Positions 16,833 to 26,695 of a stretch of 53,683 nt of DNA are shown here, in pieces. The stretch covers positions 14,483-68,165 of the forward strand of contig CAYIFW010000001.1 of the NCBI GenBank assembly GCA_964362795.1. Reading direction: 5' to 3'. The notes under the pieces were generated by a model, which was given only the letters and a program-made list of their open reading frames with translations, did no database searches and was not told the origin of the DNA. The stretch is from an uncultured Planctomycetales bacterium. Lineage in GTDB: Bacteria > Omnitrophota > Gorgyraeia > Gygaellales > Profunditerraquicolaceae. Within the stretch, counting starts at the first letter, position 1; every line of letters begins with the position of its first letter. A program made the translations under genes and the position numbers.

Positions 16833-17290
16833 TACCTCACCGCGGTTTTTTTATATTCTTGCGAAGAAAAAAGCACCTGATAATCTTGACAATTTATTTT
16901 CCCGGAAATCTCCCTGACCAAGCCCAGGCAATCTTTTTTTAACCGGCCGTGAATCATAGAATAAAGATTATAATTCCATCCGTCGGCCTTTTCTCTCTGG
17001 TAACAGTGGCTTACTTGCCCAAAGGAAGCAACTATTCTGCCTGCTTGAGCAATCAACTTATCCGAAATGTTCCAGACCGCCATGGCATTATACCTAAAAC
17101 CTATCTTCCGATGATTAAGACTGGCGCAAAATTTACGTAAAAGATTTTTATTTTTATAGAATTTCAGGCGTTTCAGCAGAATCTCTTGTTTTATACCAAG
17201 TTTAAGGGATAAATCTTTAAACGGTTCTTTAACCAGCGGGATATCCTGTGAAATCAAGCTGATTATATCTTTATCAAGCTTAGAGAGCAT
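16829..17290 (-). CDS. Siroheme decarboxylase subunit (AhbA/AhbB, Lrp/AsnC-like NirD/H family)
   Basis: 153 aa, paired with the neighbouring paralogue. N-terminal HTH-like LDKDIISLISQDIPLVKEPF. The haem-cluster context supports the call. I cannot tell A from B. Confidence 0.7.
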   Translation of the reverse strand: MLSKLDKDIISLISQDIPLVKEPFKDLSLKLGIKQEILLKRLKFYKNKNLLRKFCASLNHRKIGFRYNAMAVWNISDKLIAQAGRIVASFGQVSHCYQREKADGWNYNLYSMIHGRLKKDCLGLVREISGKINCQDYQVLFSSQEYKKTAVRY

Positions 17291-17292
17291 TT

Positions 17293-17778
17293 TTATAGGC
17301 CTTTTAGCGGAAATTTTACGTTAATCTTAAAGATCCTGGTTGCCGGAAACTGGGATATTTTTTTAATATTCTTGTCCTGCTTAATCCGGGAAATAATTTG
17401 GTTAATCCTCTGAACATCCCGGGCAATTAAAGTAAACCAAAGGTTGTATTCGGCGTCTCGCCTATAGTTGTGCGTAACTTCGGGGTATAAATTTATTCTT
17501 TTAGCCACTTTTTCAATACATTGGGGCGCGATCTTCGCGGCAACTAATGTTGAGATAAAATTAATCTTACCTGGAGAAAAAATCGCGCTTATCCGGCGAA
17601 TTATGCCTTGTTTCTTTAAAAAAGCAATCCTTTTTAAAAGATAATCTTCTTTGATATTTAATTTGGCAGAGGCAACTTTCCAGGGCCTGGCAACAAAGGC
17701 AATATCCTCCTGCAGGCAACCTAAGATACGCTTATCCAGTAAGCTTAATTTACTTTTTACCGGGCGGCTGATAGGCAC
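17293..17778 (-). CDS. Siroheme decarboxylase subunit (AhbA/AhbB family)
   Basis: 161 aa paralogue of 16829-17290 (LDKRILGCLQEDIAFVARPW). Confidence 0.7.
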   Translation of the reverse strand: MPISRPVKSKLSLLDKRILGCLQEDIAFVARPWKVASAKLNIKEDYLLKRIAFLKKQGIIRRISAIFSPGKINFISTLVAAKIAPQCIEKVAKRINLYPEVTHNYRRDAEYNLWFTLIARDVQRINQIISRIKQDKNIKKISQFPATRIFKINVKFPLKGL

Positions 17779-18784
17779 AATACGGCTCCTCGGCTAAATA
17801 ATTATTGGCTACGGCATTGGCTCTGGCGCGGCATCCGGAGCAAATCGCCCTGAATTCACAGATGCCGCACTTGCCTTGATATTTAGAAAAATCCCTTAAA
17901 TTATTAAACACTTCTGATTCCAGCCAGCTTGACTTAAACCCCTGCTTCCTGATGTTGCCGCATTTTAAATCTAAATACCCGCACGGCTGCAAATCTCCGG
18001 TATGCGAAATAAAACAGAAACTTACTCCGGCCATACAGCCTCTGCCGGTTAAAGTTGCAGCCGGCTCTAAATGCTCCTGGGCTAAAATACGGTTAAGATG
18101 CGGAGCGCAGGTGATCTTAATCTCTAAAGAAGATCTATTTTTTTCCTGAGCCAAAAATTTAAGTGTCTTTTCATATTCTTGCGCTGATAGTTCCTCGCCC
18201 AGCATATCTTTAGCCCGGCCCGTAGGCACCAGCAAAAAAATATGCTGCGCTTTAGCGCCCAACTTTTCGGCTAATTCCATAATTTGAGGAACTAATTCCA
18301 GATTGCCCCTGGTAATCGTGGAATTTATCTGAAACTCCAGGCCGGCTTTTTTTGCCCTGGCAATTCCCGCGCAAGCCCGCTGAAACGCTCCGGGAACCTG
18401 CCTAAGGCTATCGTGAGTGGCCTCATCCGGGCCGTCTAAACTTATAGAAATTCTTTTTATACCCGACTGTAGAATTTTTGTAACCAATTCATCGGTCAAC
18501 AATGTGCCATTAGTAGCCATGACCATTCTTAAACCTTTTTTATTCCCGTATTCGGCAATCTGAAAAATATCTTTCCGTAATAATGGCTCTCCTCCGGTCA
18601 AAATTATAACCGGCTTGCTAAAAGACACAATTTCATCGATTAATTTAAAACATTCCTCGGTAGCCAACTCATTGGCATACGAACCGCAAATACTCGAGGC
18701 CCGGCAATGCAAGCAAGCTAAATTACAGCTGCGGGTAACTTCCCAGGCGATCATTCTTAAATTTTCTTTTTGTTTTTCAACCAT
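17750..18784 (-). CDS. ahbD: Radical SAM/SPASM enzyme of the alternative haem pathway (AhbD-like haem synthase; the C versus D assignment is tentative)
   Basis: 344 aa. CNLACLHC radical SAM motif and a C-terminal Cys-rich SPASM-like region (CGICEFRAICSGC). Confidence 0.65.
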   Translation of the reverse strand: MVEKQKENLRMIAWEVTRSCNLACLHCRASSICGSYANELATEECFKLIDEIVSFSKPVIILTGGEPLLRKDIFQIAEYGNKKGLRMVMATNGTLLTDELVTKILQSGIKRISISLDGPDEATHDSLRQVPGAFQRACAGIARAKKAGLEFQINSTITRGNLELVPQIMELAEKLGAKAQHIFLLVPTGRAKDMLGEELSAQEYEKTLKFLAQEKNRSSLEIKITCAPHLNRILAQEHLEPAATLTGRGCMAGVSFCFISHTGDLQPCGYLDLKCGNIRKQGFKSSWLESEVFNNLRDFSKYQGKCGICEFRAICSGCRARANAVANNYLAEEPYCAYQPPGKK

Positions 18785-19731
18785 TTTGCCAATTCTTGAG
18801 CATAATAAGTAATAATTAAATCCGCTCCGGCGCGTTTAAACCCGGTGAGAGTTTCCCAGACTGCCTTTTTCTCATCAAAACACCCTTTAAGGCCGGCAGC
18901 TTTAAACATCGCGTATTCACCGCTCACCGAATAACAAGCCAGCGGAAATTTTAATTCCTTTTTAATCCTGTAAATTATATCCTGATAACCTAATGCCGGT
19001 TTGACCATCAGCATATCCGCGCCTTCTTGAATATCCAGTCTAGCCTCCAGCACTGCCTCAGCGGAATTATAATAATCCATCTGATAAGTTTTTCGGTCGC
19101 CGAATTTAGGAGCTGATTCGGCCGCCTCCCTAAAAGGGCCATAAAAACTAGAGGCGTATTTTGCTGAATAAGCTAAGATCTTTACTTTCCCATAATTATT
19201 TTTAATTAGAGCTTTTTTTATTTCCCTAACCTGGCCGTCCATCATCGCGCTCGGAGCAACCGTATCTGCGCCGGCCTGGGCATAGGAAAGGGCAATCTTA
19301 GCTAATACCTTGATCGTCTGGCCATTATCAACCTGAGAATTTCGGATAATTCCGCAATGGCCATGGCTGGTATATTCGCACATACAAACATCAGCAATTA
19401 TTTTTAAACCGGGCACCGCCTGCTTAATCCGGCGAATAGCTTGCTGAATTATTCCTCCAGGCTCATAAGCCGAAGCACCGCTATTATCTTTATGCAAAGG
19501 TATACCGAACAAAATTACCGCTGGTATTTTTAAATTATAGATTTTACGCGCCTCTCTAACAGCTTCTGAAAGAGAAAGCTGATAAATACCCGGCATGCTC
19601 TTGATTTCTTTCTTTTTAGAGATTCCCTCTTTGATAAAAAGAGGCATAACCAGGTCAGCACAAGTTAATTCTTTGGTTTGGCGGTATCTGGCGCGGGTTG
19701 CTGCGTTTTTCCTGCTTAAGCGCAAATTCAT
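18757..19731 (-). CDS. hemB: Porphobilinogen synthase (delta-aminolevulinate dehydratase), Zn type
   Basis: 324 aa. Zn-binding CMCEYTSHGHCG and the Schiff-base lysine context MVKPALGY. Confidence 0.95.
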   Translation of the reverse strand: MNLRLSRKNAATRARYRQTKELTCADLVMPLFIKEGISKKKEIKSMPGIYQLSLSEAVREARKIYNLKIPAVILFGIPLHKDNSGASAYEPGGIIQQAIRRIKQAVPGLKIIADVCMCEYTSHGHCGIIRNSQVDNGQTIKVLAKIALSYAQAGADTVAPSAMMDGQVREIKKALIKNNYGKVKILAYSAKYASSFYGPFREAAESAPKFGDRKTYQMDYYNSAEAVLEARLDIQEGADMLMVKPALGYQDIIYRIKKELKFPLACYSVSGEYAMFKAAGLKGCFDEKKAVWETLTGFKRAGADLIITYYAQELAKWLKNKKKI

Positions 19732-19738
19732 ATTTTTT

Positions 19739-20974
19739 CTAATTACAGTTTAAATTACGGCAATGTTGACGGAAATTATTCACGCCAATGAAAAACTCTC
19801 GCATAGCCACTAACCAATAATACATCCCCTTACGGGTAAGCGCTATTTGTCCGTTTTTTAGACTAATCGCTCCGGCTAGTTTAAGAAAAGCAATTTCTTT
19901 GGCCAATAGTTTTAAGAAATCCGCAGAATATTCATCACTAAATTTCTTAATCTCCAAGGTCGTTCCAAAAAGCTGCATTAAAAAACCATAACGCAAAAGT
20001 TCCTGATTAGTAAATTGCTTGCTAAAAACAACCGGTAGTTGGCCGCTCTCTATTCTATCTATATATTGCCTCGGGCTAAACGTATTGGCATAAAACTGGC
20101 CATTGAGTAATCCAAAAGAACCGCTGCCGGCACCGATATACTCATTGCGTCCGATAATATATTCATCGATCAGGCCTTGATCTTTACCAAAACACCAAAC
20201 GCTCAAAGCCTGCCAATCACTGGATAACCTATCGAGAATTTTAAAATAAAACTGCTTTTCTTTTTTATGACTCAGGGCGCCATTTTTACCGTAAAGCTCA
20301 TCCGCCGGCATTAGCGGATAAAAAGTAACTTGATCCGGCGAAAGCTTTTCTAGAAAATCAAGATCCTCTTCCAACATCTGCGCCGTCTGAAACGGAAAAT
20401 TAAAGATCATATCCACATTTAGAACATAGGAACTATCCAGCGCCTGCTTAACTTTATCCTTAAGTTGCTCTCCGCTGCCATAAGTATCATAGCGGCCGAT
20501 TTTTTTAAGGATCATATCATTAAAACTCTGTACTCCGACAGACAGCCTATTAACTTTTAGCTCTTTTAACGCCGCAAGATTCTCTCGGGTCAAGTGATTC
20601 GGGTTTGTCTCCACCGAAAGTTCTTCAATAGAGTATAATTCCCTGAGCAAGCCGATAGTCTTAAATAGCTCATCGGCAAGTATCGTCGGAGTTCCTCCAC
20701 CGATATAAACGCCGTTAACATCATAACCGTAATCATGGTATATCTTTATTTCTTTACGCAAACTTAAGAAATAATCAACAACCAGCTCCGCCTGAAATTC
20801 ATACCGGTTAAATGAACAATACGGACAAAGCTTTTGGCAAAATGGAACATGCACGTACAATAAATATTTTTTTGCCTTTTTAGGCGGCCTTAAATTAAAA
20901 CCCTGCTTAGAACCAAGATTAAGATATTGTTTACTCCTGGCTTTTATTGCCCAGCCGATTATATTCTCAAGCAC
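19739..20974 (-). CDS. HemN/HemW-family radical SAM protein (oxygen-independent coproporphyrinogen oxidase-like or haem chaperone)
   Basis: 411 aa. YVHVPFCQKLCPYCSF motif and GGGTP. Confidence 0.75.
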   Translation of the reverse strand: MLENIIGWAIKARSKQYLNLGSKQGFNLRPPKKAKKYLLYVHVPFCQKLCPYCSFNRYEFQAELVVDYFLSLRKEIKIYHDYGYDVNGVYIGGGTPTILADELFKTIGLLRELYSIEELSVETNPNHLTRENLAALKELKVNRLSVGVQSFNDMILKKIGRYDTYGSGEQLKDKVKQALDSSYVLNVDMIFNFPFQTAQMLEEDLDFLEKLSPDQVTFYPLMPADELYGKNGALSHKKEKQFYFKILDRLSSDWQALSVWCFGKDQGLIDEYIIGRNEYIGAGSGSFGLLNGQFYANTFSPRQYIDRIESGQLPVVFSKQFTNQELLRYGFLMQLFGTTLEIKKFSDEYSADFLKLLAKEIAFLKLAGAISLKNGQIALTRKGMYYWLVAMREFFIGVNNFRQHCRNLNCN

Positions 20975-20975
20975 A

Positions 20976-22130
20976 TTAAGCCTTTTGCGATATTTCTTCT
21001 TCCGTCAAGTAGCAAGCAGGATCCTCCTGCCAGATATCTCCGTAAAGAGACTCAGCGCGCGCCCGGAAATTACCTCCACAAATATCCTTAAAATTACAAC
21101 GGCCGCATTTACCTTTTAAAAGCGGCAGGCGATTTCTTAAATTCCTTAATAATTCATTGTTCTGATCCATCCAAATTTCACTAAATTTTCTCTCTTTAAC
21201 ATTGCCAAAAGTATGCTCCCTCCAAAACTGGTCCGGGTGTACATTACCCAAATTATCCACATCGGCAATACCGATACCGCTTTTATTGCCGCCATTAATC
21301 TTAAGCAGCTCTAATACGCTTTGGGCTTTTTTAGGATTAACTTTTTTCAGCTGTAAATATAAATAAACGCCGTCAGCGTGATTATCCACGGTCAATATCT
21401 CCGTATTGCTTGCGGAAAGCTCTTGGGAACAGGCAAAAATCAAATCCATAGTATCGCGCGCCTCTGGAGGCGTTAGGTCATCATTAATCAAAGCGCTGCC
21501 TCTGCCGGAATAAACCAAATGATAAAAACAAGCCCGGGGAATACCCTCGGTTTTGATTAAATCAAAAATTCCGGGTACCTCCCTGAAATTATACTTATTA
21601 ATCGTAAAACGCAAACCTACGCGCACACCGCTTTTTAAACAATTCCTGATCCCTGATAAAGCTTTTCTAAAAGCGCCTTTTTGCTCCCTAAATTTATCAT
21701 TAGTGGCCTCTAAACCGTCTAAGCTGATACCAACGTAAGAAAACCCGGCAGCCTTGACCTTCCTGGCCAGATCATTAGTAATCAATGTGCCGTTAGTCGA
21801 GATTACCGTGCGCAAACCTTGATCTTTAGCGTAGCTGCCCAGTTGAAATAAATCCTCGCGCATAAACGGCTCCCCTCCGGAGAATAAAAATACCGGGGCG
21901 CCAAAAGCAGCTAAATCGTCAATCAGGATTTTAGCTTCCTCTGTCGAGAGCTCACCAATATCAGGAGCTTTTTTTGCATCAATATAGCAATGAATACATT
22001 TTAAATTACAGCGGCGCGTAGAATTCCAAACTACAATCGGACGATTTGTATCCGCGGGTTTTCCCGGCTGATAACGGATCTCATCCCAAGACCCCGGCTT
22101 ATCACTTAGCAATCTTGTACAATTAATCAT
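20976..22130 (-). CDS. ahbC: Radical SAM/SPASM enzyme of the alternative haem pathway (AhbC-like Fe-coproporphyrin III synthase; tentative)
   Basis: 384 aa. CNLKCIHC motif and C-terminal CGRCNFKDICGG. Confidence 0.65.
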   Translation of the reverse strand: MINCTRLLSDKPGSWDEIRYQPGKPADTNRPIVVWNSTRRCNLKCIHCYIDAKKAPDIGELSTEEAKILIDDLAAFGAPVFLFSGGEPFMREDLFQLGSYAKDQGLRTVISTNGTLITNDLARKVKAAGFSYVGISLDGLEATNDKFREQKGAFRKALSGIRNCLKSGVRVGLRFTINKYNFREVPGIFDLIKTEGIPRACFYHLVYSGRGSALINDDLTPPEARDTMDLIFACSQELSASNTEILTVDNHADGVYLYLQLKKVNPKKAQSVLELLKINGGNKSGIGIADVDNLGNVHPDQFWREHTFGNVKERKFSEIWMDQNNELLRNLRNRLPLLKGKCGRCNFKDICGGNFRARAESLYGDIWQEDPACYLTEEEISQKA

Positions 22131-23629
22131 TATTCTTTAAGAATGACTTTCACTAATCCTTCGATCGTATAAACTCTTGCTTCTTGATTTACTTTTAATC
22201 CATACTCCCGGATCGTCGCCGAGGTAACCGGGCCGATAGAAATAATCCCAACGCCTTTAAGCAGGCGGCGATAATCCTTGCCTAATAATGCTATAAAGTT
22301 TTTCACCGTTGAAGAGCTGGCAAAAGTAACTAAATCTACTCCTTGCTTTAAACATTCCCTTAATTTTGGCGTGCTGGCTTTTTCAAGACAAGTATCATAT
22401 AAATCAATAGTTTTAACCTGCGCCTCTAACTTCTTAAGCCCTTGCGGTAAGATATCCCGCGCCTGCCTAGCGCGTAAAATTAAAAACTTCTTTTGTTTTA
22501 AATCCAGCCGGCTGAAATATTCTAAAATTGCCTCCCCACGGAATTCGCTAGGCACAAAATCAGCTACAATGCCGATATTTTTAAGCGCCTTTTGGGTTTC
22601 TGAGCCGATTGCACAGATCTTGGCACAACAAAAAATCCGGCTATCCTTATTATTCCTTTGCAAAAATTCCGAAAATTCTTTTACTCCATTCTGGCTGCTA
22701 AAAATTATCCAATCGTATTTTTTAGCCAAAGCTTCTTTTATTTGGCGATCTTTAAGCAGTGGGATAATTTTAATAGTCGGAATTTCAATCGCTTCAGCCC
22801 CCAGATCGGTTAACTTTTCCGCAAGTATACTTGCCTGCTCCCTGGTCCGCGTAATCACAATTCTTTTACCTAACAGGGGCTTTTTTTCAAACCAGTTTAA
22901 ATCTTTTCTAAATTTAACTACCTCACCCACCACAATTATTGCCGGAGGAGCGATTTTATTCTTTTTAGCCAAACGCACAATATTTCCTAAATTACCGGTT
23001 AGAGTTTGCTGTTTTACAGTTGTGCCCCAGCGGATTAGCGCAACCAAAGCCTGAGGAGATTTTCCACTCTCAATTAATTTCTGAACGATTTTTTCCAGAT
23101 TCCCGATACCCATCAAAAAGACCATTGTGCCCAATGCCTTAACTAAAGCCGACCAATTAATATTCGAATTCTGTTTAGCCGGATCCTCATTACCGGTAAT
23201 AAACCCCACTGTGGAGTTTTCGCTCCTAGCGGTAAGCGGAATTCCGGCATAGGTAGCTACCGCGATCGCGCTGGTTACTCCCGGCACAACCTCAAAATCA
23301 ATTTTATTTTTCTTTAAATAAAGCGCCTCTTCCGCCCCTCTGCCGAAAATAAACGGGTCTCCGCCTTTAAGGCGCACAACTACATTATGCCGGCGCGCCT
23401 GCTTTAGAAGCAGCTGATTTATTTTATCCTGGCTCAAAGTATGCGCTCCTGCTTTTTTACCTACATAGATTAATTTAGCGTCACTGCGCGCAAATTTAAG
23501 CAAATCCGGATTAACCAGATAATCATAAATAATACAATCCGCCGACTTAATTGACTCTACTCCCCTGACAGTAATTAATTTAGCGTCCCCCGGGCCTGCT
23601 CCGGTTAAATATACTATTGGTTTAGCCAT
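22130..23629 (-). CDS. cobA: Bifunctional uroporphyrinogen-III C-methyltransferase / uroporphyrinogen-III synthase
   Basis: 499 aa. The N-terminal half carries GAGPGD and RLKGGDPFIFGRG. The C-terminal half, about 250 aa, looks HemD-like. Confidence 0.88.
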   Translation of the reverse strand: MAKPIVYLTGAGPGDAKLITVRGVESIKSADCIIYDYLVNPDLLKFARSDAKLIYVGKKAGAHTLSQDKINQLLLKQARRHNVVVRLKGGDPFIFGRGAEEALYLKKNKIDFEVVPGVTSAIAVATYAGIPLTARSENSTVGFITGNEDPAKQNSNINWSALVKALGTMVFLMGIGNLEKIVQKLIESGKSPQALVALIRWGTTVKQQTLTGNLGNIVRLAKKNKIAPPAIIVVGEVVKFRKDLNWFEKKPLLGKRIVITRTREQASILAEKLTDLGAEAIEIPTIKIIPLLKDRQIKEALAKKYDWIIFSSQNGVKEFSEFLQRNNKDSRIFCCAKICAIGSETQKALKNIGIVADFVPSEFRGEAILEYFSRLDLKQKKFLILRARQARDILPQGLKKLEAQVKTIDLYDTCLEKASTPKLRECLKQGVDLVTFASSSTVKNFIALLGKDYRRLLKGVGIISIGPVTSATIREYGLKVNQEARVYTIEGLVKVILKE

Positions 23630-23632
23630 AGT

Positions 23633-24553
23633 TTATCCTAGTGCCTCAAGAATCTGTTTTGCTCCGCTAATAAGTAATTTATCCGCTAAGGTTAATCCTA
23701 AATTCGTTACATCTTTTTTATCGCCTAAAACTTGATCTTTAACCGCAGTCTTTCCGTCCAGGGAAAATACCCCGGCATTAATCATTATTTTATCACCTTT
23801 TATTTGCGCGTATACACCTATCGGCGCATGACACCCCCCGCCTAAGCCCGATAAAACCGCCCGTTCCGCGTCAATACAAAGATGCGTGGAAGCATCATCT
23901 AGTATTTTTACCATCTCCTCTATATCCGCTCTGTCTTGCCGAATCTGGATTCCCAAAGCCCCCTGGGCAGCCTGAGGCAGAAATTCTTCCCAAGGAATAA
24001 CCGACATCACTAATCTAAGCCCCAACCGTTTTACCCCGGCAAAAGCCAAAACAATCGCCTCATATAACCCGGCATTTAATTTCCGGATGCGCGTATCCAG
24101 ATTTCCCCGTAAATCCTCGACTAATAAATCCGGCCTAAGGTGCAAAAGCTGAGCGCGCCGGCGCAAACTGCTGGTGCCAACTTTACTGCCTTGAGGAAGC
24201 GACTGAATAGTATGCCCTTGCGGCGAGACTAGAATATCGCGCGCATCTTCTCTAGGCGTTACTGCCGCTATTATTAACCCCCCCGCTATTTCCACGGGTA
24301 AATCTTTCAGGCTATGTACTGCCAAATCAATTTCACCGGCCAACAAAGCTTCTTCAATCTCTTTAGTAAACAACCCCTTGTCCCCGATCTTATCTAAAGA
24401 GACGCCTAAAATTTTATCTCCGATAGTTTTAATCGTTTTTATCTCTATATCCAAATTAGGATATTTTTCTTTCAACAGATCCTTAACCAGGCCCGCCTGG
24501 GTAATTGCTAATTTACTGGCACGAGAACCAATAACTAAATTCTTAAGCGTCAT
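23633..24553 (-). CDS. hemC: Hydroxymethylbilane synthase (porphobilinogen deaminase)
   Basis: 306 aa. GSRASKLA, TRGDK-like GDK and the cofactor-cysteine context GGGCHAPIG. Confidence 0.95.
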   Translation of the reverse strand: MTLKNLVIGSRASKLAITQAGLVKDLLKEKYPNLDIEIKTIKTIGDKILGVSLDKIGDKGLFTKEIEEALLAGEIDLAVHSLKDLPVEIAGGLIIAAVTPREDARDILVSPQGHTIQSLPQGSKVGTSSLRRRAQLLHLRPDLLVEDLRGNLDTRIRKLNAGLYEAIVLAFAGVKRLGLRLVMSVIPWEEFLPQAAQGALGIQIRQDRADIEEMVKILDDASTHLCIDAERAVLSGLGGGCHAPIGVYAQIKGDKIMINAGVFSLDGKTAVKDQVLGDKKDVTNLGLTLADKLLISGAKQILEALG

Positions 24554-25580
24554 ATTTTGTATTTTCCTTTAACCACCAACCCATAAAAGCTTTAGAAGAA
24601 TTTTCAATAATGCTGACGCAAGTATCCAATTCGTTTTTTCTCAAAAATAGGTTCTGCTCGACAATTTTCTGCAAATCATCGATATTATACAAATAAACAT
24701 TGTCGATCTTATTTACCTCTTCTTGGACATCGCGCGGAACCGCCAAATCAATAATAAAAAGCGGCTTCTGCTTTCTTCTAGGCATGAGCTCCAAGATATC
24801 CTCTTGACGGATAATACAATGCGGAGCTCCTGTAGAGGTAATCACAATATCAACTTCCGCCAGTCTCTGCTTAAATTCATCAAAAGCAATTGCGGTAGCC
24901 GAAAACTTTTCCGTCAAGATTTGCGCTTTTTCCAGCGTGCGGTTAGCCACCAATATATTTTTAATCCCGTTTTTCTTTAAATATAACGCCAACTGCTCTC
25001 CGATAGTGCCAGCGCCGATAATCAGGGCAACTTTATCATCTAAGCCACCCAATATCTTCTTAGCCAGCCGAATTGCCGCCGAGCTTACCGAGACAGCCCC
25101 GCATCCGACAAAAGTATCAGTACGTATCTTTTTTGCCGTATTAAATGCCTTCTGAAATAATTTGTTTAAGATCTTCCCCGTGGAACCACTTTCCCTGGCA
25201 TCCTGATAAGCTTTTTTAACCTGGCCCAATATCTCCATCTCCCCAATGACCATGGAGTCAAGCCCTGAGGCAACCCGGAACAAATGCTCAATTGCTTCTT
25301 GGTCCCGATAAACATAGAATATAGCCTTATGATCATTAACTTCTAAATTATGGAATTGGCTTAAAAATTTTTTTATTGCGTCACTCTGATCGCTTTTTTT
25401 ACCACAGACCGCATAAACTTCCATCCGGTTACAAGTGGATAAGATTAAGTTCTCCGCTGCAAAACCCTCACTTTTAAGCAAACGGTTAGCTTCGCTAATT
25501 TGCTTAGGGGAAAATGAAAATTTTTCCCTTATCTTAACCGGAGCCGTTTTATGATTAATACCGATAACCGCCAAATTCAT
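24543..25580 (-). CDS. hemA: Glutamyl-tRNA reductase (short form)
   Basis: 345 aa. Catalytic STCNRMEVY and NADPH fold IIGAGTIGE. The C-terminal dimerisation region looks shorter than in the classical enzymes I remember (about 420 aa). Confidence 0.9.
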   Translation of the reverse strand: MNLAVIGINHKTAPVKIREKFSFSPKQISEANRLLKSEGFAAENLILSTCNRMEVYAVCGKKSDQSDAIKKFLSQFHNLEVNDHKAIFYVYRDQEAIEHLFRVASGLDSMVIGEMEILGQVKKAYQDARESGSTGKILNKLFQKAFNTAKKIRTDTFVGCGAVSVSSAAIRLAKKILGGLDDKVALIIGAGTIGEQLALYLKKNGIKNILVANRTLEKAQILTEKFSATAIAFDEFKQRLAEVDIVITSTGAPHCIIRQEDILELMPRRKQKPLFIIDLAVPRDVQEEVNKIDNVYLYNIDDLQKIVEQNLFLRKNELDTCVSIIENSSKAFMGWWLKENTKYDA

Positions 25581-25609
25581 TATTATTTCTCCGACAATAT
25601 TGAATTATT

Positions 25610-26053
25610 TTAACGACAAGTTGCCAACAGGCTAAACAAAAGCAGGCAAAAAGCAAAAAGCGACAATAGCGCCACTTTTCTGCCCCGTAATTTCTCCGCT
25701 ATCCGCATATGCAGAATAACCGCATAAATCAACCACAACACCAAAGAATAAATCTGGCGCAAATTATGAACTGCCCAATAAGCGCCATTGATATTCCTAG
25801 TCCAGATAAAGCCGCTAATAATCGCCAGAGTTAACAGAGGAAAACCCAAGCTAATACTTCGGTAATTAAGCTTGTCTAAAAATGCTAAATCTGGCAGCCT
25901 GTTAAAGATAACCCCCATGCGCTTACTTTTAATCAAGCTATCCTGGATAAGATAGGCCGCGGCCGCAAAGCTTGCCAGAGAAAAAATAAAATAACTTAAA
26001 AAGATACAAACAATATGCACAGTTGAATACAAGGCAGGATTAACGCTGAGCAT
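25610..26053 (-). CDS. Short HemX/CcsA-like membrane protein (cytochrome c assembly family, C-terminal-half equivalent)
   Basis: 147 aa with four predicted TM segments. It sits directly upstream of hemA, as in many hemA operons, but is about half the usual length. Confidence 0.55.
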   Translation of the reverse strand: MLSVNPALYSTVHIVCIFLSYFIFSLASFAAAAYLIQDSLIKSKRMGVIFNRLPDLAFLDKLNYRSISLGFPLLTLAIISGFIWTRNINGAYWAVHNLRQIYSLVLWLIYAVILHMRIAEKLRGRKVALLSLFAFCLLLFSLLATCR

Positions 26054-26681
26054 CTTCTAAATACTCCATTATTATTTTCTTTGCCGCTCGCTGCTTATTC
26101 TTCTTTAAAAAAGCCAATATCTTAGGCTCGAATATTCTCTGGAAAAACAAATTTCTTGCCCGGGGAAGTTTTATTTTTTTCAAAGCCAGCGGGCGGATTA
26201 TTTTCAGCAAACGTAATAATTTAGCATACTCGGGGCCGTACCTCTGCTGGATATCCTGACGGATTTTCCTAGCCAATGCCGGGCTTAGCCCATCCGTAGA
26301 TACGCTTATATTTAAACTCCCTCTTCTGAGGACCGCAGGCAGAATAAAACTACACTCTTGCGGAGAATCAACAACATTAACTAAAATATTATTTTTTAAA
26401 CAATAAGCAGAGGCCAATGCGTTTAGCTTTCTATCGTCTGTGGCGGCAACCACTAAAAATGCTCCTTTTAAATCTCCTAAACCGGCTCTTTTATTTTTAA
26501 AGACAATCTTCTTTTGACCGAACAACTTTTTTAATTGCGGGGTAATCTCCTGAGAAATTACTAAAACGCGCGAGCCGCATTCTAGAAGCCGCCTAATTTT
26601 ACGCCAGGCCACAGCTCCAGCTCCCAGCACCACGCATTTTTTATTTTCCAGCGACAAATTTAAAGGATAATATTTAATCAT
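26040..26681 (-). CDS. sirC: Precorrin-2 dehydrogenase / sirohydrochlorin ferrochelatase (SirC/Met8/CysG-N type)
   Basis: 213 aa. N-terminal NAD fold VVLGAGAVAWRK and SVSTDGLSPALAR. Confidence 0.85.
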   Translation of the reverse strand: MIKYYPLNLSLENKKCVVLGAGAVAWRKIRRLLECGSRVLVISQEITPQLKKLFGQKKIVFKNKRAGLGDLKGAFLVVAATDDRKLNALASAYCLKNNILVNVVDSPQECSFILPAVLRRGSLNISVSTDGLSPALARKIRQDIQQRYGPEYAKLLRLLKIIRPLALKKIKLPRARNLFFQRIFEPKILAFLKKNKQRAAKKIIMEYLEDAQR

Positions 26682-26695
26682 TAGATTAATTAAGT

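Noticed and set aside
22278-23054. 258-aa plus-strand ORF
   Set aside because: It is entirely antisense to the well-supported cobA/hemD gene. Its translation is low-complexity (S, K, F and L rich) with no recognisable motifs, so it is an artefact of AT-rich antisense sequence.
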